This document shows, in pieces, positions 60,683-64,000 of a stretch of 64,000 nt of DNA; within the stretch, counting starts at the first letter, position 1; each line of letters begins with the position of its first letter. The stretch is from Escherichia coli (GTDB taxonomy: Bacteria > Pseudomonadota > Gammaproteobacteria > Enterobacterales > Enterobacteriaceae): assembly GCF_050920415.1 (NCBI RefSeq), contig NZ_CP169309.1. The stretch is one strand, 5' to 3'. Position numbers and translations under genes: made by a program. The notes below the pieces were generated by a model. That model was not told the origin of the DNA, made no database searches, and saw nothing but the letters and a program-made list of their open reading frames with translations.

Positions 60683-61633
60683 GTGAATTTCCAACAACTA
60701 AAGATAATCCGCGAGGCTGCACGTCAGGATTACAACCTGACAGAGGTTGCGAATATGCTTTTTACCTCACAGTCAGGCGTCAGCCGTCACATTCGGGAAC
60801 TGGAGGATGAACTTGGCATCGAAATATTTGTTCGACGAGGTAAGCGACTGCTGGGCATGACTGAACCGGGCAAAGCATTACTGGTCATTGCAGAACGTAT
60901 TCTGAATGAAGCCAGTAATGTTCGTCGGCTTGCAGACCTGTTTACCAACGATACGTCTGGCGTTCTCACTATTGCAACGACGCATACTCAGGCACGTTAT
61001 AGCTTGCCTGAGGTCATTAAAGCTTTTCGCGAACTTTTCCCGGAGGTTCGGCTGGAGCTAATCCAGGGTACACCACAGGAAATTGCGACGTTGTTGCAAA
61101 ATGGCGAAGCTGATATTGGTATCGCCAGCGAGCGTTTAAGTAATGACCCGCAGCTCGTCGCCTTCCCGTGGTTTCGTTGGCACCATAGTTTGCTTGTTCC
61201 ACTCGATCATCCCTTGACGCAAATTATACCGTTGACGCTGGAATCAATAGCGAAGTGGCCGTTAATCACTTACCGACAGGGGATTACGGGGCGCTCACGT
61301 ATTGATGACGCATTTGTCCGCAAAGGTTTGCTGGCAGATATTGTATTAAGTGCGCAGGATTCTGATGTCATTAAAACCTATGTTGCACTCGGGCTGGGGA
61401 TTGGATTAGTTGCCGAACAATCCAGCGGTGAACAAGAGGAAAAGAATTTAATCCGTCTGGATACGCGGCATCTTTTCGATGCTAATACTGTCTGGTTGGG
61501 ACTCAAGCGAGGACAACTTCAGCGTAACTATGTCTGGCGCTTTCTGGAACTTTGTAATGCAGGACTGTCAGTTGAGGATATCAAGCGCCAGGTGATGGAG
61601 AACAGTGAAGAGGAAATTGATTATCAGATATAG
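60683..61633 (+). CDS. cbl: Cys-regulon accessory regulator Cbl (LysR family)
   Basis: 316-aa ORF MNFQQLKIIREAARQDYNLTEVANMLFTSQSGVSRHIRELE... Confidence 0.93.
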   Translation: MNFQQLKIIREAARQDYNLTEVANMLFTSQSGVSRHIRELEDELGIEIFVRRGKRLLGMTEPGKALLVIAERILNEASNVRRLADLFTNDTSGVLTIATTHTQARYSLPEVIKAFRELFPEVRLELIQGTPQEIATLLQNGEADIGIASERLSNDPQLVAFPWFRWHHSLLVPLDHPLTQIIPLTLESIAKWPLITYRQGITGRSRIDDAFVRKGLLADIVLSAQDSDVIKTYVALGLGIGLVAEQSSGEQEEKNLIRLDTRHLFDANTVWLGLKRGQLQRNYVWRFLELCNAGLSVEDIKRQVMENSEEEIDYQI

Positions 61634-61635
61634 CA

Positions 61636-61660
61636 AAAAGCCCGCTATAAAAGCGGGCTT
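61636..61660. terminator. Rho-independent terminator between cbl and asnU
   Basis: aaaaagcccgctataaaagcgggctttt hairpin. Confidence 0.7.
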
Positions 61661-61670
61661 TTCAGAAATT

Positions 61671-61746
61671 TGGCTCCTCTGACTGGACTCGAACCAGTGA
61701 CATACGGATTAACAGTCCGCCGTTCTACCGACTGAACTACAGAGGA
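61671..61746 (-). tRNA. asnU: tRNA-Asn (anticodon GUU)
   Basis: 76-nt sequence identical to the asnV copy, on the minus strand. Confidence 0.95.
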
Positions 61747-61906
61747 ATCGCTGTTGAGGCACATCTTAACGGCGAAAAATCTTTTGTCAAACCCGATTTT
61801 TAAATTTCCCAACTGTTTGCCGTTTCTATCAACAGTTTGTTGCATTTGCAGACAATTTGTTGGCGAAAATCTTTGCAGCTTTGCTGATTCTCCCTCATCA
61901 TTTGAA

Positions 61907-63394
61907 ATGTGGTTTCACTTTTTGCAATTAAGGTCGGCTTTGAATATCTCCTCTGCTTTACGCCAGGTTGTTCACGGCACTCGCTGGCACGCCAAACGCA
62001 AGAGCTACAAGGTGTTGTTCTGGCGCGAGATAACCCCGCTTGCTGTTCCTATCTTCATGGAGAATGCCTGTGTCCTGTTGATGGGTGTTTTGAGTACTTT
62101 TCTGGTCAGCTGGCTGGGAAAAGATGCGATGGCCGGCGTGGGATTGGCGGACAGCTTCAATATGGTCATTATGGCTTTTTTTGCAGCTATCGATCTTGGT
62201 ACTACTGTCGTTGTGGCATTTAGTCTCGGTAAGCGGGATCGACGACGAGCGAGGGTGGCGACGCGGCAGTCATTGGTGATCATGACGTTGTTTGCCGTAC
62301 TGTTGGCAACGCTTATTCATCATTTTGGCGAACAAATTATTGATTTCGTCGCAGGTGATGCCACGACAGAAGTTAAAGCACTGGCGTTGACTTATCTGGA
62401 GCTGACGGTACTCAGTTATCCAGCAGCTGCCATCACTTTGATTGGTAGCGGGGCACTTCGTGGTGCAGGGAATACGAAAATACCGCTACTGATTAACGGT
62501 AGCCTGAATATTCTTAATATTATTATTAGCGGCATATTGATTTACGGCCTTTTCTCCTGGCCGGGACTGGGATTTATCGGGGCTGGGTTGGGGTTAACCA
62601 TTTCTCGTTATATTGGCGCAGTGGCAATTTTGTGGGTGCTGGCGATTGGTTTTAATCCTGCGCTAAGGATTTCGTTAAAGAGCTATTTTAAACCGCTGAA
62701 TTTTAGCATTATCTGGGAAGTCATGGGGATTGGCATTCCTGCGAGTGTCGAATCAGTATTATTTACCAGTGGTCGGTTATTAACCCAAATGTTCGTTGCC
62801 GGGATGGGGACCAGTGTTATTGCCGGGAATTTTATCGCGTTTTCAATTGCGGCTCTTATCAACTTACCCGGAAGTGCGCTCGGCTCTGCTTCTACAATCA
62901 TTACAGGCCGAAGGTTGGGGGTAGGGCAGATAGCGCAAGCAGAGATTCAGTTGCGGCATGTGTTCTGGCTGTCCACTCTTGGATTAACGGCCATCGCCTG
63001 GCTAACGGCTCCCTTTGCTGGGGTTATGGCATCGTTTTACACCCAGGATCCACAGGTTAAACATGTCGTTGTGATTCTGATTTGGCTAAATGCTTTATTT
63101 ATGCCTATTTGGTCTGCCTCATGGGTGCTACCCGCTGGATTTAAGGGGGCTCGCGATGCCCGTTACGCCATGTGGGTTTCTATGTTGAGCATGTGGGGTT
63201 GCCGGGTTGTAGTCGGTTATGTGCTGGGAATCATGCTTGGCTGGGGTGTGGTTGGTGTCTGGATGGGAATGTTTGCCGACTGGGCTGTGCGGGCCGTGCT
63301 GTTTTACTGGCGCATGGTTACTGGACGTTGGCTGTGGAAATACCCTAGACCTGAGCCGCAAAAGTGTGAAAAAAAGCCAGTTGTGTCGGAATAA
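61907..63394 (+). CDS. yeeO: MATE-family efflux transporter YeeO (flavin/dipeptide exporter)
   Basis: Listed ORF starts at 61754; ATG at 61907 (MWFHFLQLRSALNISSALRQ...) gives 495 aa; 12-TM MATE topology. Confidence 0.85.
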   Translation: MWFHFLQLRSALNISSALRQVVHGTRWHAKRKSYKVLFWREITPLAVPIFMENACVLLMGVLSTFLVSWLGKDAMAGVGLADSFNMVIMAFFAAIDLGTTVVVAFSLGKRDRRRARVATRQSLVIMTLFAVLLATLIHHFGEQIIDFVAGDATTEVKALALTYLELTVLSYPAAAITLIGSGALRGAGNTKIPLLINGSLNILNIIISGILIYGLFSWPGLGFIGAGLGLTISRYIGAVAILWVLAIGFNPALRISLKSYFKPLNFSIIWEVMGIGIPASVESVLFTSGRLLTQMFVAGMGTSVIAGNFIAFSIAALINLPGSALGSASTIITGRRLGVGQIAQAEIQLRHVFWLSTLGLTAIAWLTAPFAGVMASFYTQDPQVKHVVVILIWLNALFMPIWSASWVLPAGFKGARDARYAMWVSMLSMWGCRVVVGYVLGIMLGWGVVGVWMGMFADWAVRAVLFYWRMVTGRWLWKYPRPEPQKCEKKPVVSE

Positions 63395-63494
63395 ACGACA
63401 AAGTGCAGATTATTTCAGCAAACGATTTCAAATTTAAAAAACAGGCTTTGACATTAAGGATGGGCATCGCTAATATTCGCCTCGTTCTCACGAT

Positions 63495-63570
63495 TCCTCT
63501 GTAGTTCAGTCGGTAGAACGGCGGACTGTTAATCCGTATGTCACTGGTTCGAGTCCAGTCAGAGGAGCCA
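63495..63570 (+). tRNA. asnW: tRNA-Asn (anticodon GUU)
   Basis: Plus-strand copy of the same 76-nt tRNA-Asn sequence, with CCA end. Confidence 0.95.
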
Positions 63571-63635
63571 AATTTTAGTTTTGAGACATCTCTATAAGTC
63601 TCAAAACAGTTAAAAAATAAAAATTATTTTTACCC

Positions 63636-63668
63636 GGTTACTTTGTAAAAAAGTGACCGGGTTTTTTG
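63636..63668 (+). terminator. Rho-independent terminator downstream of asnW
   Basis: aaaaaagtgaccgggttttttg hairpin; a second hairpin (gagacatctctataagtctc) lies at 63586-63606. Confidence 0.6.
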
Positions 63669-64000
63669 ATTTCTGTGTTTCGTGCGCTTAATCGAGTCTC
63701 ACGCTTCAGTGAGCAAATTGCCCCTCCCCAACAGACATCACGATTCGCAAGGTCAAAAACTCTGTTCCATGAAGTACCGTACAAAGATAAAGAGAAAAAT
63801 GCCTTATGCGGGATGTCGCTATCGCGTCTTTATCGGGAAACTATGCGTAATTGCCACTTTGCCTTCTGTAATCAGAAAAAGAAGAACTGGAATTTTAATA
63901 AATATTATTTCTCTGGGACCGGTATTTTTATAATCAATATGACGAGTTGAATATTATGTTTATTATAAGATTTATATGAAATTAAAGAAATCTGCCATAA

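Noticed and set aside
63666-63950. Short ORFs (94 aa and 83 aa) downstream of asnW, considered as an island-borne gene or integrase fragment
   Set aside because: Translations have no integrase motifs or other recognisable domain; too little sequence before the window ends to support a call.

Overview
This window reads as an Escherichia coli chromosomal segment, in inverted orientation relative to the K-12 map, and is densely coding. In order it holds: the 3' two-thirds of the colanic-acid (wca) operon (wcaB' to wcaM); galF; a JUMPstart/ops element; a non-K-12 O-antigen cluster (rmlBDA, fdtA-fdtC-fdtB, wzx, glycosyltransferase, rmlC, wzy, two glycosyltransferases) with low GC; an ISAs1-family H-repeat transposase gene inactivated by one in-frame TGA; a frameshifted sulfatase/LtaS-like membrane-enzyme gene; gnd, ugd, wzzB; the his operon with hisL leader and attenuator on the minus strand; yeeZ, yeeY, plaP, sbcB, dacD, sbmC, yeeA, yeeX; a EutP/PduV-like remnant; cobUST; ldtA interrupted by a complete 1310-bp IS3-family (IS629-like) element; and three identical tRNA-Asn genes interleaved with nac, cbl and yeeO. 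Gene names come from my recognition of the translated ORFs and the conserved gene order; no database search was run. I did not find a convincing wholly undescribed multi-gene system. The candidates most worth a second look are the accessory O-antigen region and its 3' junction (H-repeat pseudogene plus the frameshifted sulfatase-family gene), the IS insertion in ldtA, and the strain-specific gene-content differences from K-12 (no yeeD/yeeE, no CP4-44 prophage).
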